Positions 37,167-45,791 of a stretch of DNA of 59,257 nucleotides are shown piece after piece; the stretch's first letter is position 1; each line of letters starts with the position of its first letter. Below the pieces are notes generated by a model that was not told the origin of the DNA, ran no database searches, and saw nothing but the letters and a program-made list of their open reading frames with translations. Source of the DNA: Candidatus Uhrbacteria bacterium RIFOXYB12_FULL_58_10 (GTDB lineage: Bacteria > Patescibacteriota > Patescibacteriia > UBA9934 > GWF2-40-263); assembly GCA_943359455.1 (NCBI GenBank), contig CALRHL010000003.1:1-59257 (forward strand), in the 5' to 3' direction. Made by a program: the position numbers and the translations under genes.

Positions 37167-37375
37167 TGCGTCTTTTCCTGTTGCCTAACCAGAACTCAGG
37201 AGGCAAGTTGAAAACAATTCACCTCTTACAAGACAAAACAACAGGAAGCAGTACAGATCTGATTTGAATGTAGGTAAACCAATCCACACGTGGTGGTGAT
37301 TCTATTAACCTACTGCTGTATTTTACGGTCAAGAGTTCAAGGTGACAAGAGTTAAGGGTTCGGACAAATCTGAAA

Positions 37376-38431
37376 CTAGCGGACGAACACAACCCCCCAG
37401 CCAGAATCCCCGTCCTCAGGATGCCACCTGCCCACGTCCGCGCCGTCCGCGTCCGCGCGACCGACGCCCACCAGGAACCCGCCAGAGCTGCGCCTTCTTG
37501 TCCAAGCGTAATGGCTTAAAAGATGTCTGGCATTTGTAGTGTTAAATCTTATAAGAGTATCGTAGATTGCTTCTGCAGGGGTTTGTCTTGTAAGCACAGA
37601 GATTTGGAGTGCTTCGAATTCTTCGGCGACTTTTTCCCAGTCGGATGAAATACGTCTAGTGAGATCTGCTTTCTTGGATTCGAATTCTGCGATAGCGGAT
37701 TTGTAAGGTTCAGGAATTTCTTGGTTTGTTCTATCAGCGGAAGAAAAAACAGTGTTTCTTAGATAATCTACTATTATTTCTGTTTGTTCTACGTAGTTTT
37801 TGTTTGTGGAATCTGGGAGGACTTCTTTAGAAACGAGTGACCAACGCATGACTGGGGTTTCTTCTGTGTAGAACGGTTCGTTTTTGTACCAATCCGTATC
37901 AAAAAAAACTTTTCCTTTTTTGTTCTTCTTAAACTTCGGTGTCATGATCTCACCCATCTTTTTCATGGTGAGAGGTTGTCCATCTGGTGCTTTGTCTATG
38001 CGAAGGACAAGGAACTGGTTCTGTTCCTTGGCTCGTTCGAGTTCTGCTTTGGAGAAAAGGATGGGTGGGATGTCTTTTGTTTCGAGTTTTGTTCCAAAAG
38101 TGTTTTCAACAGCAGATGGTCCAAAGACGTTTTCTTGTCCTAGAATCTCGACGGCTTCTTTAAGCTGTTTTTCAGAGAATGTTATTCTTTCCTCCTCTTC
38201 GAACGCTTTGAGCTCTGAGGGAGGGATGTTATCTTTTTCAAATGCAAAAAGAAGGTGTTTGCAGAGCTTTCCAAAGTGTTTTACATCTTCGAGAGTCATT
38301 TCCTCTGATAACACGAGAGATTGAAGCTGTTCTGGATGAGTTTTGTTGTATTTCTTTACGAGAACAGCGAGTTGATCGGTGAGATTATCAACATAGCTCC
38401 CTACCTTGGGAGAAAGGTCTGCTTTACGCAT
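37376..38431 (-). CDS. DGR target (variable) protein, C-terminal C-type-lectin-like VR region
   Basis: 351 aa with no signal peptide. The C-terminus reads HYAWTRRRSSGGFLVGVGRADADGADVGRWHPEDGDSGWGVVFVR and is encoded by the VR. Confidence 0.8.
   Translation of the reverse strand: MRKADLSPKVGSYVDNLTDQLAVLVKKYNKTHPEQLQSLVLSEEMTLEDVKHFGKLCKHLLFAFEKDNIPPSELKAFEEEERITFSEKQLKEAVEILGQENVFGPSAVENTFGTKLETKDIPPILFSKAELERAKEQNQFLVLRIDKAPDGQPLTMKKMGEIMTPKFKKNKKGKVFFDTDWYKNEPFYTEETPVMRWSLVSKEVLPDSTNKNYVEQTEIIVDYLRNTVFSSADRTNQEIPEPYKSAIAEFESKKADLTRRISSDWEKVAEEFEALQISVLTRQTPAEAIYDTLIRFNTTNARHLLSHYAWTRRRSSGGFLVGVGRADADGADVGRWHPEDGDSGWGVVFVR
37380..37498 (-). repeat. DGR variable repeat (VR) at the 3' end of the target gene
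   Basis: There are 21 mismatches to the TR, and 17 lie at TR adenines on the coding strand. All 8 Asn codons of the TR are replaced, giving S, F, G, D, G, H, D and D. Confidence 0.85.
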
Positions 38432-38607
38432 GTGAGAGATTGCTTCAGGGGATGGGGAGGATTCGTGATGGCGAGGAGAGTCTCAATGCGCATTCAAACA
38501 GATGTCCTGAGTCCATGAACACCTCCGAAATGGACTACGGATCGTACCAAAAAATCAAGCGCTTGTCAATCGTCGGCGTAGACGATATGATCGCGTGAGG
38601 AGGCACC

Positions 38608-39000
38608 ATGATTGAAGAAGTACGAACGGATACAGAGATCATCCAGGAACAACTAGATCAACTTCATCGGGTCTACAGGTCGGTCACGACTGCCGTGAGT
38701 CATTTTGGAGATCTGTGCCGCTGGTCATTCTTCATCGCCTTTTGTGCCGTGATGGCGACAGGAATTGTTGGAGTACTCAGTGTCCACACATCCGCTCCTG
38801 CAGAGCTGATCAAAGCTGTCCTGTATGCAATGTCTTGTCTGACAATGGCTTTTTGCCTCTTCGGCTCGATCATGTACTCCATTTCGTGGGTGCTTGAACG
38901 AAAGGTTGATCGTGTCACAAAGAATCTTGCCGCACGGCGAACTGAACTCGAGCTCAAACTGGCCGCAGCAGAAACCCACAACTCTGTCGGCCCAATCTGA
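38608..39000 (+). CDS. hypothetical membrane protein
   Basis: 130 aa with two hydrophobic segments. A terminator follows. Confidence 0.5.
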   Translation: MIEEVRTDTEIIQEQLDQLHRVYRSVTTAVSHFGDLCRWSFFIAFCAVMATGIVGVLSVHTSAPAELIKAVLYAMSCLTMAFCLFGSIMYSISWVLERKVDRVTKNLAARRTELELKLAAAETHNSVGPI

Positions 39001-39008
39001 CTCTCTCC

Positions 39009-39030
39009 TCGCCCACTTGGGCGAATTTTT
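39009..39030 (+). terminator. rho-independent terminator
   Basis: The stem is tcgccc/gggcga with the loop actt, followed by aTTTTT. Confidence 0.55.
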
Positions 39031-39068
39031 GTATCATGATATTAGACCGTTTTGCTAAATAATCTTCT

Positions 39069-39482
39069 ATGTTCCGCTTCCACATCGTTACTGTCGGAGG
39101 GATGAAAAAAGGTCCGCTTGCGGAGATGGTTTTGCATTATCAGAAATTACTCCGACCGTTTGCGAAGATCGAAGTGTCAGAGGTGAAAGAGGTTCACAGA
39201 GTGAGGAAAGATGCGTTTTCTGTTTTGCTGACCGAACATGGGAAGGAATATTTGACGGGTGATTTCGCAAACCAAATCGCTACATGGAGCGAACAGCAAA
39301 CACGCACCCTTGAATTCGTGGTCGCTGGACCGTTTGGTGTTGATAAAACAATCGAGAAAAACTTTGATGCGACACTGTCGCTCTCAAAACTTACCTTCCC
39401 ACACGACATGGCAACAACCGTGCTGTACGAACAGCTGTATCGAGCGATGACGATTCTCGCTGGAAAGACGTATCATTACTAA
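39069..39482 (+). CDS. rlmH: 23S rRNA (pseudouridine1915-N3)-methyltransferase RlmH-like SPOUT protein
   Basis: 137 aa starting MFRFHIVTVGGMKKGP, with a C-terminal LSLSKLTFPHDMATTVLYEQLYRA pattern typical of RlmH. Confidence 0.75.
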   Translation: MFRFHIVTVGGMKKGPLAEMVLHYQKLLRPFAKIEVSEVKEVHRVRKDAFSVLLTEHGKEYLTGDFANQIATWSEQQTRTLEFVVAGPFGVDKTIEKNFDATLSLSKLTFPHDMATTVLYEQLYRAMTILAGKTYHY

Positions 39483-39576
39483 AATGTTATGAGATACCTC
39501 TGCAAAAGTTCAGCATGGCTACAAATCAAAACATCGAAAATGATTGACCGATCAGTGAATTCCGACGGCGAGTTTT

Positions 39577-40239
39577 TTATTTTTTCAGAATCTTCGACTG
39601 CAACTTCTTAATTTCGTCCAAATAGAATCCCTGCCATTCCGAGGCTGGTACATCGAGAATCATCCGCGGCATGTCTGGAGCGTTCTTCGCCTTGTAGAAT
39701 TGCGTGACCAACTGCAGTGGATCAATATGATAGTCGAACTTCATCCGAGCCTTCGCGATTAAATCAGTAATCTTATATCCCTGTTTGCGACAAAGACAGT
39801 ACAGATCAATGTAATCACGAGCCTTCGTGCGCTGGTAAATCGTGAATAACTTGTTCACGGCAATGTCGATCATGCTCTCTGTCTCGATCCCGAAATGGAC
39901 TGGGCCAGTTTCAATGCGTGGAAACGGAAAATAGGTGAACTCGGCCTTGAGCACACCTCTTTCTAGTTGAAAGAAGAACATGTTCCTGTTGTAATTTTGT
40001 TGTGCATCGATTTTCAAAATACCAAGATCGGCTTTTACGTCATGCCAGAAAGCGTTGAGCGTGGAAATATCTACTTCCTGCTCCGAAAAAAAATCCAGAT
40101 CTTCAGAATATCTGTGCCACAAATAAAATGCTGCCAACGGTGTACCGCCAGTCAGATAGAATCGCTCAGTGAGGAAAGGAGTTTTTCCAATCCGTTCCAA
40201 AAAAGCGACTTGGTCTTGCGTGAGAATCTGATTATCCAT
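39577..40239 (-). CDS. AbiEii/DUF1814-like nucleotidyltransferase (type IV TA toxin family)
   Basis: It starts MDNQILTQDQVAFL and contains YLTGGTPLAAFYLWHRYSEDLDFF. It overlaps the upstream small ORF by 8 nt. Confidence 0.7.
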   Translation of the reverse strand: MDNQILTQDQVAFLERIGKTPFLTERFYLTGGTPLAAFYLWHRYSEDLDFFSEQEVDISTLNAFWHDVKADLGILKIDAQQNYNRNMFFFQLERGVLKAEFTYFPFPRIETGPVHFGIETESMIDIAVNKLFTIYQRTKARDYIDLYCLCRKQGYKITDLIAKARMKFDYHIDPLQLVTQFYKAKNAPDMPRMILDVPASEWQGFYLDEIKKLQSKILKK

Positions 40240-40426
40240 GCAACAAAAATGCAAGAACGCTTTTGCGGTGAGGATCAAGTGTGAGACGATCCCAATACTT
40301 CAAAAGGGCTGTTGTGCTTAGCTTTTCGTCGTTCAATCCAAAATTGACCATCTGTTCCAGCTTCCAAATGGCATGTGCTTCTGGATCATTTTTCAACGCT
40401 TCCTCGTCGGTTGACCAATTGTACAT
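40232..40426 (-). CDS. small protein coupled to the AbiEii-like gene (candidate cognate antitoxin)
   Basis: 64 aa, overlapping the downstream gene. I recognise no domain. Confidence 0.45.
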   Translation of the reverse strand: MYNWSTDEEALKNDPEAHAIWKLEQMVNFGLNDEKLSTTALLKYWDRLTLDPHRKSVLAFLLHG

Positions 40427-40561
40427 ATCCTATATTTTAGCAGAATTTAGAGGAATTGTCCAGAAAACGGATTGACGCCGGCAGGTTTTCCTGATAACGT
40501 CGTCATCTCCTGAAATCCCGCCGGACGATTGTGTCTGGTCGGACGGGGAGAAGGAGAATCC

Positions 40562-41239
40562 ATGGAACTTTCCCAGGAAGAACAGACGCTTGTGGAACTG
40601 TTGAAGAAACCGTCCGACGAGCTCGATTTTTCTGTCCGTGCCGCGAACTGCTTGGCGAATGCCAGCATTGATACGGTCGGACACATCGTGACGCGCAACC
40701 TGTCCGAAATCTCCACAATGAAGAACTTCGGGCGAAAGTCGCAGAACGAAATCAAGTTCCTTCTCGACGAATTAGGTCTTCATCTCGACACGATCCTTGT
40801 ACCCGCGGTGAAAGCCGTGCTCGAGGAGCACTACGCGAACCTTGGCCTACCGTCGCTCGACTCCTGGTCGGACAAGACACACAACTACCAATCACGCAAA
40901 CCAGTGGTAGCGGAGCCGCCCACCAAGCCGAAAATCGAACGTGTGGCGTTCATTACCCAGATGCAGAAAGACGCGGAGACTCGCTGCGGCGAACTCCGAA
41001 AGGAGGTCGAACAGCTAAGATGCCTCCGCACAGTACTCGCATCGAGCCTAGCGGTGTCGGTCACCGAGAATTCTCACGAAGTACTCCGACGCTTTTTCGA
41101 CGAATGTTACGGGAGGCCGACGGAGGAACTTATCGTCAAGCGAATCACGAAAATCGATGCTTGTATCTCAACGCTCAACGACATGTACAAAGCATTCAAC
41201 CAATGCCTCGCGGTCGCACAGATCCTCGACGCGTCCTAG
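40562..41239 (+). CDS. stand-alone RNA polymerase alpha C-terminal-domain (HhH) protein with coiled-coil tail
   Basis: The ATG is preceded by GGAGAAGGAGAA. LDFSVRAANCLANASIDTVGHIVTRNLSEISTMKNFGRKSQNEIKFLLDELGL matches the alpha-CTD pattern. The gene is GC-richer than its surroundings. Confidence 0.65.
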   Translation: MELSQEEQTLVELLKKPSDELDFSVRAANCLANASIDTVGHIVTRNLSEISTMKNFGRKSQNEIKFLLDELGLHLDTILVPAVKAVLEEHYANLGLPSLDSWSDKTHNYQSRKPVVAEPPTKPKIERVAFITQMQKDAETRCGELRKEVEQLRCLRTVLASSLAVSVTENSHEVLRRFFDECYGRPTEELIVKRITKIDACISTLNDMYKAFNQCLAVAQILDAS

Positions 41240-41264
41240 CTCGCCATTCGGCGAGTATTTTTTT
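41240..41264 (+). terminator. rho-independent terminator
   Basis: The stem is ctcgcc/ggcgag with the loop attc, followed by taTTTTTTT. Confidence 0.75.
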
Positions 41265-41305
41265 AAAATTGCATCAGTAGTCTCAAAATGACATAATCGT
41301 TGCAT

Positions 41306-41968
41306 ATGAAACCACGAACATTTGTCGCGCTCATCTGTGGGTACGGAGTCCCAAAGGATATTTTTTCGGATCCGAACTATCAGGCCTACCTGCATCCAGT
41401 GGTGAATTATTTGTTTTCGCGGTACTGCGATGCGACAGGGACGATCGTTATGAATGGCGGAGCGACGGATATTTTCAAGCCGTATAAACGCACAGAGGCA
41501 GGAGAAATGAAGAAATGGCTCAAGGAAAAAATTGACGAAATAGGACGATCGGCACAAAAAGTCAATTGGCGGATTTTAGCCAGACCGAAGGCGTTGACGA
41601 CGGTGGAGAATTTGTTGGGGTTTACTCGCAGAGGAAGTAAAAATATTCTGATCTTCTGTGAAGCAACGCGAGCGCCGCGCATCCGTCGTCTTGTTCGAGA
41701 GATTCCTTCTTTACACAGAGCGAAAATTATTGCGATTGATTTTGATACGTCACCGAGGCGGTATGATCTTAAAACGATCAAGAAAAGCGAACGCGATTTT
41801 CTGCGTCTTGAGCTTGCGGCGATCACCGATCCGCATAAGCTAAAGCGCCTGCGAAAATTCGCTCAGAAAAAACTTCGTCTGATGCGGCAGTACTCACCAG
41901 AAGAAGCACACCGAAGACTGCCAGAAATACTAGAACAGTTGGATAAAACATTTACAACTAACTTCTAA
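41306..41968 (+). CDS. hypothetical protein, possibly DUF218/YdcF-like
   Basis: About 220 aa. There is only a weak resemblance (GGATD...RTEAGEMKKWL). Confidence 0.4.
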   Translation: MKPRTFVALICGYGVPKDIFSDPNYQAYLHPVVNYLFSRYCDATGTIVMNGGATDIFKPYKRTEAGEMKKWLKEKIDEIGRSAQKVNWRILARPKALTTVENLLGFTRRGSKNILIFCEATRAPRIRRLVREIPSLHRAKIIAIDFDTSPRRYDLKTIKKSERDFLRLELAAITDPHKLKRLRKFAQKKLRLMRQYSPEEAHRRLPEILEQLDKTFTTNF

Positions 41969-41974
41969 CGATAT

Positions 41975-42961
41975 ATGAAAAAATCTCTCCTTCTCTCTTC
42001 TCTCACTTTGCTCTTTATCATTGGAAGTGGTTGTACACAAACGTCTGAATCAACGAACCCTGTCACGACGACAGCGAGACCGTCTGAAGTTACTGTCTCA
42101 GATAATATATTTACTCCACCAACCGGTAAGGCAACTGGGTCGGGAGCAGAAGCGCCGCCTGGGCAAAGGCGATTAATGACGGCGACGTCGAGCGATGGGA
42201 TTAACTTTACGCGGACGAACACAGTTGTAACGGATCAGGCGAACGTTCCGGATCTTGTAATGACGCCAGATGGAACACTCTATTTGTACTATGCTGGGTG
42301 GGAAGTTGGTGATCGTGAAAATGTTGCGGCGGTTGCGATTTCCTCCGATCAAGGCGCAACTTGGGAATTTCATCAAATCAACTATACAGGAGAACATCCG
42401 ATGGCTCATTCAAGCGATCCGGATATTGTATTGCTTGCGGATGGAACGTTTCGTTTGTTCAGCACCTCTGACATTAACAATGGACAGATGGAAGCGATTT
42501 ACGTTTCCGACAGTACAGACGGAATCCACTTCGCAAACAAAGGGGTTGCGTTTCAAGCAAACCCTTCCTCGCTCGATTCCAACACCTTTCTTGTAGACGA
42601 TATCTGGCACATGTACACTCTTTCTTTCAAATCGATGAAGTCCTATCATGCAACGTCAACAGACGGTGTGAACTTTACAAAACAAAATCTGTCTGAATAC
42701 AAAATTGACCAGTATCAAATGGTTATGTCAAACGTACTCCTCTTTGACGACCTCTATCGCATGTACGCCTTTTCCCCTCAATCTCAGGACATCCGATCGT
42801 TCACATCCACGGACGGAACCACCTGGACTCCCGAAACCGGCATTCGCCTCGCCCTTGATCAATCTTCGACACAGGAATCCGAATTTGTGAAAGATCCAGC
42901 GGTTATCAAACTTCTCGACGGAACCTATCTCATGGTGTACGTGACACAGATTCCTAAATAA
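41975..42961 (+). CDS. lipoprotein with BNR/Asp-box repeats (sialidase-like beta-propeller)
   Basis: The lipobox is IIGSGC. Five Asp-box-like repeats are present: SSDGINF, SSDQGATW, STDGIHF, STDGVNF and STDGTTW. Confidence 0.65.
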   Translation: MKKSLLLSSLTLLFIIGSGCTQTSESTNPVTTTARPSEVTVSDNIFTPPTGKATGSGAEAPPGQRRLMTATSSDGINFTRTNTVVTDQANVPDLVMTPDGTLYLYYAGWEVGDRENVAAVAISSDQGATWEFHQINYTGEHPMAHSSDPDIVLLADGTFRLFSTSDINNGQMEAIYVSDSTDGIHFANKGVAFQANPSSLDSNTFLVDDIWHMYTLSFKSMKSYHATSTDGVNFTKQNLSEYKIDQYQMVMSNVLLFDDLYRMYAFSPQSQDIRSFTSTDGTTWTPETGIRLALDQSSTQESEFVKDPAVIKLLDGTYLMVYVTQIPK

Positions 42962-42964
42962 CAA

Positions 42965-43576
42965 TCAGGTTTCAATTTCACTGAGTGATGTGATGACTCG
43001 CCACGCCACATCGTCGAGTTCATGTGGTTCGATTGCGTAGTATTCTCCTTTGCGTTTGATCCGAACGAGATCGATCGGGAGTTTGGCTTCATGTGCCGTG
43101 ATCAAATGCGTCGGGTTATCATCGATAAAAATAAGTTTCTGTTCCTGTTCGAGCATGCGCAGAAGATGCGACGCTTTTGTTTCTTCTGGACGCGCGATCG
43201 TTATGTTTGGGATAAGTTTATCGATTCCACTTGTCAAAAGTTTTTCGCGTTGATGTCCTTCATCTCCAATCGTTAAAACAGAATGTGAGTGATCCTTGCG
43301 AGCGTTGATAAATGGAATGACATCAGCGAAAACAAACGACGGTGCATCATCACGAAGCAACACCTCAAACCGTTCAATAATATCTACTATTACATCTGCA
43401 TCCATCCCAAGCATTTCCATATGCTTGCGCGGTGAATAACCAAGCCTTGCTGCTTGGTCACCTGTTTCATCAACCACTTCTGGATCAAATCCAGCTGAAA
43501 TAATCATCGCACGTTCTGCCTGCCAGAGACGTTCTGTTGAAAAAAGTGTTGAGTCAAAATCGTACACGTATCGCAT
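42965..43576 (-). CDS. HAD-superfamily hydrolase
   Basis: 203 aa with the N-terminal DxDxT motif YDFDSTLF. Confidence 0.65.
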   Translation of the reverse strand: MRYVYDFDSTLFSTERLWQAERAMIISAGFDPEVVDETGDQAARLGYSPRKHMEMLGMDADVIVDIIERFEVLLRDDAPSFVFADVIPFINARKDHSHSVLTIGDEGHQREKLLTSGIDKLIPNITIARPEETKASHLLRMLEQEQKLIFIDDNPTHLITAHEAKLPIDLVRIKRKGEYYAIEPHELDDVAWRVITSLSEIET

Positions 43577-43577
43577 A

Positions 43578-44225
43578 TTATGTCATCCAATCCGGCTTCC
43601 CTGATGACGGGGCAATGCGGTCAGCCCATGCCTTGTTTGCGTAGTCATCTTCAAGTGACATACCGGGTGCAAACGGAAATGGCGTCGTTGCAATTTTTTC
43701 AACGAGTTCGAGAAGGTCAGGATACTCCGCATCCATATAGTGCCCATTGCCATTGGTCTCGATACATTGTGCGCGGAAATATTCCGCAAGCTTGCGACCA
43801 TGTTCGATAGGGACGAGTGTGTCGTCTTTGGAGTGAACAATAATAATCTCGCGCGCTTTCCACATGGCAACGTCTGCATCCAAGTCAACGAGAAACAAGC
43901 GACGCAATTCTGGCTTCATCACTTTAAATGGAGCCGCGACCAAAATCGCGGCGCGTGGCGTTTCCGTCATCTCAATCGATTCCATGTATTGAAAAATAAT
44001 GAGCGCACCAAGTGAATGACCAAGCAAAATATCATCAGATTTCAAAAACCCAACCTGACGCTGCATCTCCTCTAACACAAGTGGCAAATTAAACTCCTCC
44101 CCACTCTTCAAAGGAAGTGTAGGAGCAATCACCTCATATCCTTTCGCTCGAAGCTCGCGTGCAAGCCAAGGGTGAAAGTTCATTTCGGGTGAAGCGTTGA
44201 ATCCGTGAACGAGAATGATACGCAT
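43578..44225 (-). CDS. alpha/beta hydrolase (YdeN/RBBP9-like serine hydrolase)
   Basis: 215 aa containing ILVHGFNASP and the nucleophile elbow GHSLGA. Confidence 0.7.
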   Translation of the reverse strand: MRIILVHGFNASPEMNFHPWLARELRAKGYEVIAPTLPLKSGEEFNLPLVLEEMQRQVGFLKSDDILLGHSLGALIIFQYMESIEMTETPRAAILVAAPFKVMKPELRRLFLVDLDADVAMWKAREIIIVHSKDDTLVPIEHGRKLAEYFRAQCIETNGNGHYMDAEYPDLLELVEKIATTPFPFAPGMSLEDDYANKAWADRIAPSSGKPDWMT

Positions 44226-44231
44226 AGTTCG

Positions 44232-44399
44232 CTAATGGTAGATGGAGTGGCCACCCACGTCAATAAATTGTACAGAGTCGTGTGATGTAAAACGAAAAAT
44301 CATTTCACCTTCTTGAATCTCACTGAAAAGCGTTCGTGAGATTTGCTTAAACGATCGTAAAAAATGTGGAGAATACTCAATTGTTGAAATTGGTCTCAT
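44232..44399 (-). CDS. short RelE/ParE-like toxin (55 aa, possibly truncated)
   Basis: My own translation gives MRPISTIEYSPHFLRSFKQISRTLFSEIQEGEMIFRFTSHDSVQFIDVGGHSIYH. Its ATG overlaps the upstream RHH gene stop in an ATGA arrangement. It is below the ORF-track cutoff. Confidence 0.45.
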   Translation of the reverse strand: MRPISTIEYSPHFLRSFKQISRTLFSEIQEGEMIFRFTSHDSVQFIDVGGHSIYH

Positions 44400-44632
44400 G
44401 ACTGTTTCAGAAGACGAGCGAGTCCTCCTGATTTTAATACTTTCATCGTTCCATTTTTTCGTGCTTCTTCCGCTGCATGAAGAGCTCCTTCAAGTCTTAT
44501 CTCCTCGAGATACCGGCGAAGAGCGGAACGAAACAATTCTGACCGTGTCATGTGAGACTGCTTCGCAACACGCTCGCAATCTTTAACCATTGCGGGTGGT
44601 AACGAAACACTCATGATAGTAGATGTTCTCAT
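44396..44632 (-). CDS. CopG/ribbon-helix-helix antitoxin
   Basis: 78 aa containing SVSLPPAMVKDCERVAKQSHMTRSELFRSALRRYLEE. Confidence 0.75.
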   Translation of the reverse strand: MRTSTIMSVSLPPAMVKDCERVAKQSHMTRSELFRSALRRYLEEIRLEGALHAAEEARKNGTMKVLKSGGLARLLKQS

Positions 44633-44734
44633 ACTGGTTATTACTTTGTAATAGTATATACATCATAGCCTGTTCAAATAATTCCGTCAAAAAATAACCT
44701 GTTCCACTTTGGAATAGAATACAGGGGACTCACC

Positions 44735-45016
44735 TTGCACCGAGGGAAAGGACATGCCTACGTGCGCGGACCCGACTTCGAGGGACGTCGCCATGACAAA
44801 GGCAACTTCGCGAAGCTTGGCGCCGATACGGTCGGCATGAGCGTGAAGCCCGAGTGCTGTGTCGCGGCGCTCTACGAAGCCCGAGCTATGGGTATCGCGT
44901 TCATCACGAACGACGACAAGGAAGTCCATACGCACGAAACCAATGTCGCTCGCGCCAAAGCTTCGAGCGAGAAACTGGGTGCGTTTCTCACAGATGTCCT
45001 GAACACTCTTACCTGA
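44735..45016 (+). CDS. hypothetical protein at the edge of the GC-rich island
   Basis: Third-position G/C bias supports this frame over the overlapping minus-strand ORF. The start is uncertain (TTG), and I assign no family. Confidence 0.35.
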   Translation: MHRGKGHAYVRGPDFEGRRHDKGNFAKLGADTVGMSVKPECCVAALYEARAMGIAFITNDDKEVHTHETNVARAKASSEKLGAFLTDVLNTLT

Positions 45017-45107
45017 CCGAAATCGGTCAGTTTTTTGTTCCGTGAATCGATCGCTCTTGCCGCAACCAACACTCTGTTGTACGCTCCTGTTACTCTTGGA
45101 GATTCTC

Positions 45108-45746
45108 ATGAACGCACTCGAAGAACTGCAACGCTGTGGCGGATACCTCACCGACACCCATGTCGTCTACTCCTCATGGCGACACGGCTCGGTTTACCTC
45201 AACAAAGACGCAATCTACCCGCATCCGAAAATCGTGAGCGGGCTGTGTCGCCAACTCGCCGAGAGCGTGCACACTGCCGGCGACGGAGCGCATGTGATCA
45301 TCGGTCCGGAGAAAGGCGGAATCATTCTTGCGCAGTGGACCGCATTCCATCTGTCGAATATGCTGGGGACGGAAGTGCTCGCAGTGTACGCCGAGAAGGA
45401 AGGAGACGAGTTCGCGTTCCGACGCGGGCAAGACGCGCACATCCGCGGCAAAACCGCCATGATTGTGGAGGATGTCCTCACGACTGGAGGGTCGGTGATA
45501 AAGGTCATCAATGCGGCTCGCTCGCTAGACTGCGTCGTAAGCGGAGTGCTGGCGCTCTTCAACCGTGGAGATGTCGGTATCGACACGTTCGGTCCTGGCA
45601 TTCACCGAATGGTCGCGCTCGGAACCGTCAAGCTCGATTCGTACCCCGAAGACGACTGCCCACTTTGCCGCGATGGCGTCCCGGTGAACACCACAGTCGG
45701 CAAGGGTCGCGTGTTCCTCGCCCGCCGCACCGCTTCCTCGTCCTAA
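45108..45746 (+). CDS. type I phosphoribosyltransferase, orotate PRTase-like
   Basis: ATG 45108 follows a GGAG. The PRPP-binding motif is AMIVEDVLTTGGS. The gene is convergent with pyrF. Confidence 0.7.
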   Translation: MNALEELQRCGGYLTDTHVVYSSWRHGSVYLNKDAIYPHPKIVSGLCRQLAESVHTAGDGAHVIIGPEKGGIILAQWTAFHLSNMLGTEVLAVYAEKEGDEFAFRRGQDAHIRGKTAMIVEDVLTTGGSVIKVINAARSLDCVVSGVLALFNRGDVGIDTFGPGIHRMVALGTVKLDSYPEDDCPLCRDGVPVNTTVGKGRVFLARRTASSS

Positions 45747-45763
45747 CTGGACGAGATTTTTTT
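45737..45763 (+). terminator. rho-independent terminator
   Basis: The stem is ctcgtcc/ggacgag. The loop taact contains the stop codon, and aTTTTTTT follows. Confidence 0.7.
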
Positions 45764-45791
45764 ACAATAAAAGAACCGACCGTGTGGTCGG

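Noticed and set aside
44687-45157. 156-aa minus-strand ORF
   Set aside because: Third-codon-position G/C bias favours the plus-strand frame 44735-45016. The ORF would also overlap the PRTase start.
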